Shown piece by piece: positions 38,228-47,700 of a DNA stretch of 64,000 bases (positions are counted from its first letter, which is position 1; each line of letters starts with the position of its first letter). Location of the stretch: UHGV virus genome UHGV-0248979; one strand, 5' to 3'. A program made the translations under genes and the position numbers. Below the pieces are notes generated by a model. The model was not told the DNA's origin and searched no databases. It worked only from the letters and a program-made list of their open reading frames with translations. The DNA comes from a virus.

Positions 38228-39001
38228 CTAATAATTAAGTTTTACATCGGCAATAAACAGCAACTGTTTACCGTGTTGCTGCACTTCTTTCCAACCTAGT
38301 TTCATAGCAGCGTCAACAACATCTATCATGCTGTAACGAGACATCAACGCGGTTGATTTTGTTCCTGACATTAAGTAAAGCGGCTCGTTGGGGCAACGGT
38401 CGCGTGCATCAGGAAGTTCCCGAGAGACTGCTGAGCCTTCGGGTACGGTAACAACATGAATCACGGTAAATGGTCTTTTGTGGGTTAAATAAATACGAAA
38501 CCCAACGTGTTCAGACTCATGAAAGACTTTCTTTACAACCACATCTTTTAGTGTCGTCTGAACATCAATCCCAGGTAATATCGTGGATTCGCGAGAAACA
38601 AAACAACGACTATTTTCAACCATGGAGAAATAATTACGTATCGGTAAACTGGCGTTATGATCGCGCAGTTTTTTGCTCAGTAGATCGAAGTTCAGTTCTT
38701 TAACTTTCTCTAGCCATTCTTTGGCTTGTTGTATGTAATAACTACCAACGGTGCGATAAGTCAATACCTTGCCTGTGCTTACTTTCCAAAGTTTAACGCT
38801 TAGTGAATTCGGCTTATAGCGACGATACTCACCCCGCGTATAGTTGATGCGCTCGTAACGCTCTACATCGTCAACGGGCGCAGATTCGATCGATTGTAAT
38901 TGCAACGTACGATCTAATCTATCGGCGAATAGTAGTGATGTTAGCGGACCTTCGATCAAATACGGTTCGGTTTTAAAGATATCATCTAGATGGATTTTCA
39001 T
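38228..39001 (-). CDS. hypothetical protein, GW...QLLF C-terminal motif family member 1 (257 aa)
   Basis: C-terminus LGWKEVQQHGKQLLFIADV shared with three neighbours. Confidence 0.55.
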   Translation of the reverse strand: MKIHLDDIFKTEPYLIEGPLTSLLFADRLDRTLQLQSIESAPVDDVERYERINYTRGEYRRYKPNSLSVKLWKVSTGKVLTYRTVGSYYIQQAKEWLEKVKELNFDLLSKKLRDHNASLPIRNYFSMVENSRCFVSRESTILPGIDVQTTLKDVVVKKVFHESEHVGFRIYLTHKRPFTVIHVVTVPEGSAVSRELPDARDRCPNEPLYLMSGTKSTALMSRYSMIDVVDAAMKLGWKEVQQHGKQLLFIADVKLNY

Positions 39002-39022
39002 TTCTATTTCCTTCTTAACAAA

Positions 39023-39041
39023 AGCCGCGACTAAAGCGCGG
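39023..39041 (-). terminator. hairpin GCCGCG...CGCGGC
   Basis: 6-bp GC stem. Confidence 0.35.
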
Positions 39042-39068
39042 CAGTTAGAGAAAGTCTATTTTTACTTA

Positions 39069-40220
39069 TTAGAGGTCAGCAACAAACAACAGCTGGCAGC
39101 CGTACTTTTGTACGTCCGCCCAACCGTAGTCTTTTCCGATTATAGGTAGATGTAAAAAATCCAGCTTCTCGTCTTTCGCTTTTAGTTTCGCCATTAACGT
39201 ATTGGACTCCTCAGCACTGAGCAGTAATGCGGGCTCTTTTTCAGTACGTCCTTCTGCGGTTGGGAAGAAATTGTAATAGCTGCGAGTAGGTAAATCGACA
39301 GAAAAACTACGATTGCCTATTCTGGCGATGAACGCAACTCCTTCACAGTTAGCATCTACACTACACGACCATCCCGCCTCCGTTAAAAGGTCTTTTAACA
39401 GACACCACACTTTAAGTTGGTTCTTAGAAACTGTACGGTAAATAGCAAGATGTTCAGGAAGTAAATGTACGCCCATAACCACGTTTTCAGATTTCTCGTC
39501 AAGCAACTCTGGATGCTGTATCGGGAACAATAATTCAGTGATACCCACGTTATCAATTTTGTTAACAAAATCAGTTAATTCATCTTTTAAGGTACACACG
39601 GATTTTTCTCCTTTGTCTTCAATAATCAGGTGGGGTTCGCCGCTAATTAAAATGTGGTAAACGAGATCGTCAGTAGAACGGTAAGTGAGCTTGATTGCTT
39701 TATCACTTAATATTTCGTAGCGGAAGAAACTTTCGTACCAACTTGAGCCGAAATCGTTTTGTGTGAGTTCCTGCTCAACTTTGATGGTTTTTGCTTCAAA
39801 GCCGATTAACTCGCTTAATAACGCGAGTTCTTGTTTAGTTAAAATAGTTACACCGTGAAAGGGCACTTGTTCAAGCTGAAAACATAACTTAGTGACTTCA
39901 CCATTTGGGAAGACCTTAAACATAATCTTCCGGTTGCTACTCTTTTCCCTAACAACAAGTTTACGGTAATTTAGTCCACAATTTGTGTAAGACGTGAACT
40001 GGTAACCTTCAATTTCTTCATCGAAAGTACAGACATCGACAGGCGCGATAATCTCATTGTATTCACTAAGTACACAGCAGCCCAATTTATAACCAAACAA
40101 CGTATGTTGTAAAAAATAGTCGAGGGTTAAGCTTGGTAGTGGCCAAGCCCGATTATAGCATCTGTCCATCAGTTCTTTTAGGTACTTGGCATGTCTTGGT
40201 TTAGAAATAATATTTCGCAT
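39069..40220 (-). CDS. hypothetical protein, GW...QLLF family member 2 (383 aa)
   Basis: C-terminus YGWADVQKYGCQLLFVADL. Confidence 0.55.
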   Translation of the reverse strand: MRNIISKPRHAKYLKELMDRCYNRAWPLPSLTLDYFLQHTLFGYKLGCCVLSEYNEIIAPVDVCTFDEEIEGYQFTSYTNCGLNYRKLVVREKSSNRKIMFKVFPNGEVTKLCFQLEQVPFHGVTILTKQELALLSELIGFEAKTIKVEQELTQNDFGSSWYESFFRYEILSDKAIKLTYRSTDDLVYHILISGEPHLIIEDKGEKSVCTLKDELTDFVNKIDNVGITELLFPIQHPELLDEKSENVVMGVHLLPEHLAIYRTVSKNQLKVWCLLKDLLTEAGWSCSVDANCEGVAFIARIGNRSFSVDLPTRSYYNFFPTAEGRTEKEPALLLSAEESNTLMAKLKAKDEKLDFLHLPIIGKDYGWADVQKYGCQLLFVADL

Positions 40221-40252
40221 TTTTACTCTCCTTTAGGGGGTTTTTTCGTTAC

Positions 40253-40807
40253 TTAAGCAGGGCAAGCTAAGAACAACAACTGCTGACCGATTTTACGTAC
40301 GGTATACCAACCGTGGGCTTTAGCGACCGCGATCAACGTTTCCCAGTCATCAACATCACATTGCTCGTTCCGAAGTTTTGTAAAGAGTGCTTCGGCTTCG
40401 TCTTGGTTTAATAACTTACCTGGATTATCAGGGGTGGTGCCAGAAGGGGTTGGAAAGAAATCGTATTGACGCGCTAAGAGAAAATCAACCAGATACTTGG
40501 TGTTCTCTTTATAAACCAGCGTGGAAGTCTTCCCTTCGTGGAAGAAGCTGCCTGTTTTCCAAACGCTATCTTTCAGTAAGCTCTGAAGGTAATCTGTAAA
40601 GCCCGTTCTAAATGGGATATGCGTTTTACGCGTGATGTTGCGACGCAGCGGGGTTTCCTCTACAGCTTGTACACTTACCCCTACTATCATCGCACCTGGC
40701 TGGATAATGGTATTGGTCAGTACGGTATAAGGACGGACAAAGAAATGTTCGCCTACGCCTTTTTCAAGGGTTTGGATAATTTCATTTTTCAGTTCAGTTT
40801 GAAACAT
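40253..40807 (-). CDS. hypothetical protein, GW...QLLF family member 3 (184 aa)
   Basis: C-terminus HGWYTVRKIGQQLLFLACPA. Confidence 0.55.
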   Translation of the reverse strand: MFQTELKNEIIQTLEKGVGEHFFVRPYTVLTNTIIQPGAMIVGVSVQAVEETPLRRNITRKTHIPFRTGFTDYLQSLLKDSVWKTGSFFHEGKTSTLVYKENTKYLVDFLLARQYDFFPTPSGTTPDNPGKLLNQDEAEALFTKLRNEQCDVDDWETLIAVAKAHGWYTVRKIGQQLLFLACPA

Positions 40808-40838
40808 GGTATATTCTCCTTTTTTTCGGTTTTCTTAA

Positions 40839-41576
40839 TTACGCGGTTTTAATTAACAGCAGATAGTCCTTCGTAATCTCAGCACAACTCCACCCTCTCA
40901 TCGTGGCGATTTTACGAAGATCAATTTTCTCGTGATATTTCAATAAGGGATCGTCTGAGTTAATCTCAACCAGGTGGGTGGCTTTAGAAATCGTTTCCAC
41001 ATCTGGGATCTGTTTTGCTAAGTCGGATGCAATCAGTTCAATAACGCGGTAACCCTTTAACACAGAAACATAGATGCGCAAACCATATAGCGTGCCCTCG
41101 TCTTCTAATGGACAAAGATCGATGCCGGGTCCAAGCAGTGATAACTCGACGTTATCGGGAAGGTTTTCTGCATTTCGGAGTAACCCTATCCCATTTCTAA
41201 ACAGAGGGAAGTAAGAGAATAGTGGTGGTAAAGCCCAACCGTTCCCAATAAGCACATCATCGATACTAGTAGGCGTGTTCGCAAGAAGACGAATGTGGTC
41301 AGCCACAACTTCAAGTTCGGCATCACTGATCAACTTATAGATTAACATGACACTGGTTTCGGTATTAATAACGAAGAAGACGCGGTTGGCGTAACTGCCT
41401 ATCACGTATTCGTCAATCATACAGTCGATAACGTCAGTGTCTGGATAATCTTCAGGTTTAATTGTTCCAGCATCGATTAACTTAGCAGGTTGCGATTGTT
41501 TTAATAGTTCGTTAACAACAGTAGAAGAAAGTTCTAAACTGGTGTTAGTAAAGATATCGTCTAATAATTCTCTCAT
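40839..41576 (-). CDS. hypothetical protein, divergent GW...LLL family member 4 (245 aa)
   Basis: C-terminus RGWSCAEITKDYLLLIKTA. Confidence 0.5.
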   Translation of the reverse strand: MRELLDDIFTNTSLELSSTVVNELLKQSQPAKLIDAGTIKPEDYPDTDVIDCMIDEYVIGSYANRVFFVINTETSVMLIYKLISDAELEVVADHIRLLANTPTSIDDVLIGNGWALPPLFSYFPLFRNGIGLLRNAENLPDNVELSLLGPGIDLCPLEDEGTLYGLRIYVSVLKGYRVIELIASDLAKQIPDVETISKATHLVEINSDDPLLKYHEKIDLRKIATMRGWSCAEITKDYLLLIKTA

Positions 41577-41945
41577 GATTTACTCGCTAATCTCAATAAA
41601 GGGAAGTCTATTATTATGGATTGTAAAAGAGGTATAAGGAAGTCACTACGTTCCTCTGGGAAGAGTATGTCGGTATACTACGTATACCTCCGCTATTTAT
41701 ATCCGTATACATAATGCCCCCTACCCCCTACCGGTATCCCGAGTAGCAGAATAAAGGGACAGACTGTAAAATTTTAGTACCTGTTATCGGAAGGTACTAA
41801 ATGGAGTGTAGTCTTTAAGCCGTTTGTGCAGCTCATTGAGACTTTCTTTTTTTAGTAGACATGATCTGTCTCCCCAAATGGTTTAATCAATCCGTTTCGA
41901 ATGAAACGTGTCCGTAGGGGCTGAACTGGCACTTCAGTCCCTATT

Positions 41946-41970
41946 CACTTAAGTAATATATATCTGAAAT
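41946..41970 (+). promoter_or_regulatory. conserved 25-nt AT-rich element CACTTAAGTAATATATATCTGAAAT (copy 2), candidate promoter for the virion gene block
   Basis: 26 nt upstream of the ATG at 41996; contains TATATAT -10-like core. Confidence 0.4.
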
Positions 41971-41995
41971 CAATTCCGATCTAAGGAACGTCCCG

Positions 41996-42961
41996 ATGGA
42001 GAAATCCAGTGTTGATTTTTTCTCAATTGGTATCGTCGCGGAAGACAAACCCCGTGGTACAGATCGGGTAAAAGTGATACCAATTGAAACTAATTTTGCT
42101 AACCCTACCGTGGTGCAATCTGTTTCTTCAGCAACTGAAAAGACACATGAAACATCTGGTGCAACAGATAACCTAACCATTAAGACGGGTAACACGATAA
42201 CAGCAAAGTGGTGGAAGTTTAACTCCAACCGAATTAATTCCCCTGACGTTAAACGAGAAGATTACGTTATCTTGTTACGTTTGGGGAAAACCGATATTTA
42301 TTTTTGGATTGATCTGAACTTCGCTAACGTTAAGCGATTAGAGGATGCGGTTTACGCGTGGTCTGCTGACCCTGAAAACCAGATGGCGGATGACCTGTCC
42401 AATGCGTATGTGTTGAATATCTCGACGATTGACAAACATATCACGCTAAGAACAAGTATGGTGAACGGTGAGAAAGCGGCGTGGTTATTTCAGTTTGATA
42501 ATGCAAATGGCACGTGGCAGTGTGTTGACCACAAAGGGAATAAGTATTACATTAACTCGGTGGAAGACGATTTAGGTTTTGAGAATGCGATGCTCTCAAA
42601 AGTGAACATCAACAAAGAAGATGCGTTCATTTATTCAAAGCGTTCTATTAACCTGGAAACGAAAACGATTAATGAAAAATGCGAAGTTCGCAATACGGAA
42701 GCAGCGAAATCCGTTACGTTTAAAACACAAACCTGGTTAACGGAAGCAGGGAGTTCGACAACATTTAAAACGCCGAACTTTAAACAAGAAGGGAATGAAG
42801 CGATGTTCACCGGTAATCTGGAAATCGCTAAGAACTTCAAATACGGTGGTACGGGCAAAGGCGTCGGTGTCTTTACGGTTAAAGATGCGGTTATTTCTGG
42901 CATTACCTTTAGCGTTCACATTCACCAAGGTAAACATGGCCCGACATCACCTCCACAGTAA
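41996..42961 (+). CDS. hypothetical protein, likely virion/baseplate-associated (321 aa)
   Basis: First gene of plus-strand block, SD AAGGA; no motif recognised. Confidence 0.5.
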   Translation: MEKSSVDFFSIGIVAEDKPRGTDRVKVIPIETNFANPTVVQSVSSATEKTHETSGATDNLTIKTGNTITAKWWKFNSNRINSPDVKREDYVILLRLGKTDIYFWIDLNFANVKRLEDAVYAWSADPENQMADDLSNAYVLNISTIDKHITLRTSMVNGEKAAWLFQFDNANGTWQCVDHKGNKYYINSVEDDLGFENAMLSKVNINKEDAFIYSKRSINLETKTINEKCEVRNTEAAKSVTFKTQTWLTEAGSSTTFKTPNFKQEGNEAMFTGNLEIAKNFKYGGTGKGVGVFTVKDAVISGITFSVHIHQGKHGPTSPPQ

Positions 42962-43167
42962 TTCCCCTTTTTCTTACGTTGTTTTTATATATTGTGACCT
43001 GACGTTGGTAAAACTTTTTATCAACACTTTTCTTAAACCCATCGTTTAGTTAAGCAGGCCACTTTTTTCGCGCACTCTACTCCTCCCTACGGGGAGGAGC
43101 TATCTTATGCTTCGGTTGTAACACACGTCGGTCTTAGACCACTAACCTTTTGAAATGGAGAGCTGTT

Positions 43168-43377
43168 ATGTCTATTAAAGAGTTCTCTTCTGCTGAGCAT
43201 ATTCCAGAAGAGTTTAAGAAAATCGGTAACGTTAGCGCTTTCGGCGATACCGTTGATCATGTAACTGGTAAACTGGCTGCTGAAGCCGAAAAAATTGGCG
43301 GCGACGCATTCAAAGTTATCGGTATTTCCGGCAACAACAAACTGCACGGTAACGCGATTGTCTACAAAAAAGACTAA
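43168..43377 (+). CDS. DUF1471 (YdgH/BhsA/McbA-like) domain small protein lacking a signal peptide (69 aa)
   Basis: Pattern EF...G.VS...DTVDHVTGKLAAEAEKIGGDAFKVIGISGNNKLHGNAIVYKK matches the BhsA-family fold signature; SD GGAG. Confidence 0.6.
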   Translation: MSIKEFSSAEHIPEEFKKIGNVSAFGDTVDHVTGKLAAEAEKIGGDAFKVIGISGNNKLHGNAIVYKKD

Positions 43378-43396
43378 GCGAAAAAAAAACGTGCTA

Positions 43397-43421
43397 CTCC
43401 TACCCTCTAAGAGGGTAGGAG
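43397..43421. terminator. bidirectional terminator hairpin CTCCTACCCTC-TAA-GAGGGTAGGAG
   Basis: 11-bp stem; A9 upstream, T7 downstream; between convergent genes. Confidence 0.7.
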
Positions 43422-43427
43422 GTTACT

Positions 43428-44690
43428 TTATTTTTTTCGTGCTCTAAAGCGATGCATTTCTAAATACACTTTTTCCCAGGGACCGAATGGACCAACGATT
43501 GCTTGAGCATCGTTAATCTTCTTCTGATTATACCACCGGGCTTCACGAAAGACGTAGTTTTGACTGTCGAATTCGGTGGTGTTAAATACCCACTCACCTT
43601 CCTCCCACGTAGGCCAATAACCTACCGTCTTTCCAAATCGATTATTTAAGTACCCTAATGGTTTTTCAGAATCAGGATCGGTGGGGTCCTTGAGATAACA
43701 ACGTCCCCAAACTGCGTTATGCGAAACACCCACAACTTCTTCTTCTAAATACGGATTATCTACCGTAAAGATAAAAGAGGATTCGTGCAGTAAAAGCGCT
43801 TTCAGTGTTTCAGGGTTACGAATACGTTGAACGTTGGTAGGCGATGATAAATCCCCCACACCGATGCTATCCCAGTCGTAATAACGTCGGGTCTCCAGAA
43901 CGGTCCGTGCAAGATCAAAATTCGGTAAAGAAATCATGATCGCACGGTCAGAGAAATAACCGTCCGGTGGCAACCAACGTAGCAATCCGCCTATGACGAA
44001 ACCCACGGTTTTCCCCGTAATAGACTCAGGCAGCGATATCATTAACGTGGAGTAATAGTCGCGTGTAGTGTCGAGCTTGTTTAGCGTAAGGTTGGCGATT
44101 GGATAGGTTTTAACATTCCCTAGCTGACCAAAAACCATACAGCCAATATCTGGCGTACATGCTCTCCGTACGATTTTACCGGCCCCAGGCAATCGCACAC
44201 CTACGGTATCCGTCTGGTGTGGTACCCATTGACCGTTAATGTTGTACAGCACACTATTACGGTATTTGTCTTTCCACTTGTCCTCACAAACGACGACAAC
44301 GTCATCAGCATCGTCTAAGCTGAAATCTTGACTGTGATGGTACCCTGGTGGACACAGATATGTTTCGACAGGTACATCGGCATTAATTGATTGGTAATGT
44401 GCCCAACTGAATTCCAGTTTCGGCAATCCGGTCTTTAGAGTGGGAATGACGTTTCCGGCTTTTTCGTTTAACCAATCTTGTAAAGTGTCTGTTCGGTTTT
44501 GTAGTTCGGCAAGATGGTATTGACTGACTAACGTATAGTCTTTACCAAGTGCACTTAAACCGATCTCAAAGGTGTGGTAGTCTGAACACAACGTAGTTAA
44601 AGGTTGCGTGACATCGATGGCTCCCCAGGTACGGGACTCTCGAGAGAAGCCAAAAGCGCTGTCGGGTCGCACTTGATAAGCAGTAGTCAC
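43428..44690 (-). CDS. hypothetical protein (420 aa)
   Basis: Long minus ORF divergent from tail fiber genes. Confidence 0.55.
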   Translation of the reverse strand: MTTAYQVRPDSAFGFSRESRTWGAIDVTQPLTTLCSDYHTFEIGLSALGKDYTLVSQYHLAELQNRTDTLQDWLNEKAGNVIPTLKTGLPKLEFSWAHYQSINADVPVETYLCPPGYHHSQDFSLDDADDVVVVCEDKWKDKYRNSVLYNINGQWVPHQTDTVGVRLPGAGKIVRRACTPDIGCMVFGQLGNVKTYPIANLTLNKLDTTRDYYSTLMISLPESITGKTVGFVIGGLLRWLPPDGYFSDRAIMISLPNFDLARTVLETRRYYDWDSIGVGDLSSPTNVQRIRNPETLKALLLHESSFIFTVDNPYLEEEVVGVSHNAVWGRCYLKDPTDPDSEKPLGYLNNRFGKTVGYWPTWEEGEWVFNTTEFDSQNYVFREARWYNQKKINDAQAIVGPFGPWEKVYLEMHRFRARKK

Positions 44691-44759
44691 AGCTCTTTTT
44701 CCTCTATAGATTCAAGTCATAGTATGAACTTCGACGCCCACGGACTATAGGAGTAGATA

Positions 44760-47700
44760 ATGGCTGTCGTCTTAGACCCACACTTCAAAAAACCGGGGAA
44801 TAAAATAACCGGTGAAGCGGTCGCCGTCATTGGTACGAAATACCGAATGTTGGTACCTGCCCACGCCCCTTTTTTCACCACATCCCTGGTGGTCAAGAGC
44901 GGCGGCAAAATACTGACCTTAGGCGACGATTACGTTATTACACACCCGTACGAGACTGGTATGTTGCGCACAGCCTATCTCATTCACGGGATGATTTGGA
45001 TTGTTAATGACAAATACAAATCGAACTTTACTGTAGATTACCATGCCGTTGGTTGTGGTGAAGCAACCCAAGAGCAGATTACCGCAGAGCGCGAGCTTAA
45101 TAAAGGTAAATACCCCTCCGCGTGTCAGTGGGACACCGTCATCGGAGACGTTTACTTTCCACCGGTCGATATCCAGTTCGATTGGGAGAATTGGAAAGGT
45201 GAACTGGAGCTAATGCAGGCCATTGCTGGGGTAGGCGATTCGTTAGGGGAAGTCGTGAGTCGTCTTAACCCAATCGCACGCAATACACTGGATTTGGAAT
45301 ATCGTGCTAATAGCAAGGTTATCACTTCCGAGCAGTATGCTGCGTACGATAATAAAGGCGGTTTCACCTACAACACAGCTCGCCACCGTTATAGCCTGAG
45401 TTATAAAGCGACAACCTTTAACAACTATTCCCTGTCGGTGAAACACAGAATTCCTGCTATTCTGCCGGACATGACAAAGTTGAATCCGAACGAGCAGATC
45501 GATTGGATGCTCTGTTATGCCAACGGTGGTGCAAGCATTCTACGGTTGCAGCTAAAACAGCGCAAAATCTCACTGGTCTTAACTGTCGCTATTGGAAGCG
45601 GTTCATCAAACTACGATTATACTTTAATCAACGGTTTAACTGACGATGAGTTAAAAAACGATATCGATTTTAGTGTAACCCGACAACCCGGAAACGGCGT
45701 TTACGTAATCGTAGTAAAAACAAATAAACAGACCATGGATTATACGTTCAACGTCGATACGCCACCTGATGAGTTCTCGGCAGGGTATTCGAAAACGGAT
45801 GTAGCCAAATGGTTGAAGTCTAAAACGAACATTAACCTGAACTGGTATGCGGCTGAAAACGATAATGTTCAAATTCGTTCTTTACCCGGTGCGCCGGAGC
45901 CTGACGTTGATAACGATGTTTACCAGTTAATAGTTAAGTATCATCAGTTGGTTGAGCAGCTGTATCGTAATGCGCCTGCGCACGAACACGTTACACGTAA
46001 GGACAACCCACACACAGATACGTGGGGTCCGATCCGTGCGTTAGAGTTGAACGGTATTGCGTCGGATGCAGCATTAGCTTACGGAAAAACGAAGCCGCAG
46101 TTAACGGATTATGTTAATGCTAAGTATCCAACACAAGCGACGCTGACAGCACAAAAGAAACTATTGCGCACGTCAGCTACGAAAACGGCTAACGGAACTA
46201 TTGGAACGCTGCCCGGTTTTACTTCGTTCACGACGGAAGTTGACCCGGTGTCAATGTCGAAATACGTGAGTCCTCGTTTTAGCGAAAGCTACGTTAGTAA
46301 TGGTCACAGGTATCACGGTGCGCTTCGTTACACAGGAACGAAGAGTGGATTCGCCACTTCTTTTAATGCGGTACCTGCTAACCTGCAAGATATTGACTTT
46401 ATTGTTACCGGACGTAAAACAGCGTCTGGTAATGAAGCTGTCGGTACGGTTAGCCTACGTTTCTATCAGAAACCTGGTACTAACTCTGGAAAATTTATCC
46501 AGCTTACAGGTGAAATTTCTGCGGGTAAAGTCGGCGTTAAGTTGGAACTGAACGGTTTTTCGAATCCCACACCGGAAGTTCAGTATCTTTCCCAAGCTCC
46601 TAATCCAGCAATACCGGATGGGGATTTTACGCTGCGTTTTCAACTGAAACGCACAGGGAACGTGTTTGATGTCGTTATTACCATAAACGGCAAGACATAC
46701 AGTGCACGTGTTAACTTCACTAACATGGACGCTGCACTAGAAGCATTGGAGAATAGCCACCACTTTAAATCATTGATCAGTAATGTTGCTGACAATGTCA
46801 CTATTAGCTCGGGGAATAAAGGTAACACGGTTACCATTAAGAAAGCGCCCGACGTCGTTGACGGGACCCGTTTAGGTGCCCAGTTTGTCGTTGACCCGAA
46901 ATCCATTAAGTTTATTGGACAAGGTTCAACCGAGGTTAATGCGGGGAATAACCCTGTAACGTTTCAAGCAGGTACTAACCAACTTATATTGTATCCTGAT
47001 GATCGTGGGTTACAGTGGCGTGGTAAGAAACTCTTAGACCCCACTACCGTGGCTCCGTATCTGCCAGGCAATACCGCGGGCGGTACGGGATTATTCTACG
47101 GTACATCTACAACCACGGTAGAACTTACCGGTAGCGGGATAAAAGCATCGCCGTTCGTAGCGACTTTTATTCTCCCTACCGCGACTGATACAACAGCCCT
47201 GGCAGCTTGGCAGTTGACCGATGAGTTTGGTACCGCTGAAAACCTTGCAGCAACGCCAGCACTGATTGAAAAACTCGATGCGGAGTTCACCGGTAAATTA
47301 GTTGCGGTTAAATCGTACATTAACGACATGCAACTTACCAGCTCGGTCACTATCGACAAAATTACCTTTGGTTTAGGTAACGTTGCGAATACACCCGATG
47401 TCAATTTACCGATTTCTACAGCACAACGTGCGGAGTTAGATAAATACTCGCCTAAAGTTCACCAACACCCGTTTACCGCTTTTGGTACTGGGAACGCAAC
47501 CACAGCGAAACGTGGTCTGATTAAATTTGGTCTGGATGTGGATGATGCGACTTTAGCACTCGATGGGAGTGTGGTAATGGCGCAGACTTCCCAGATTGAA
47601 AAATTGGAAAATGCTGTCGGTGGCGTTGACTCGGGTGCTCGCGTTGACATTATTCGTTTCGGCAAGTCTGGTGACGACTTAATTAACGTTACGGTTAAAG

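Noticed and set aside
41941-42228. Minus-strand 95-aa ORF overlapping the promoter and 5' end of the first virion gene
   Set aside because: Overlaps a well-supported plus-strand gene with RBS; would run across the conserved 25-nt element; likely spurious.
6088-43421. Possibility that the recurring hairpins are a CRISPR array or MITE-like mobile elements
   Set aside because: Copies are tens of kb apart, each at a gene boundary with varying loops and no regular repeat-spacer periodicity or target-site duplications; they fit terminator/processing hairpins.
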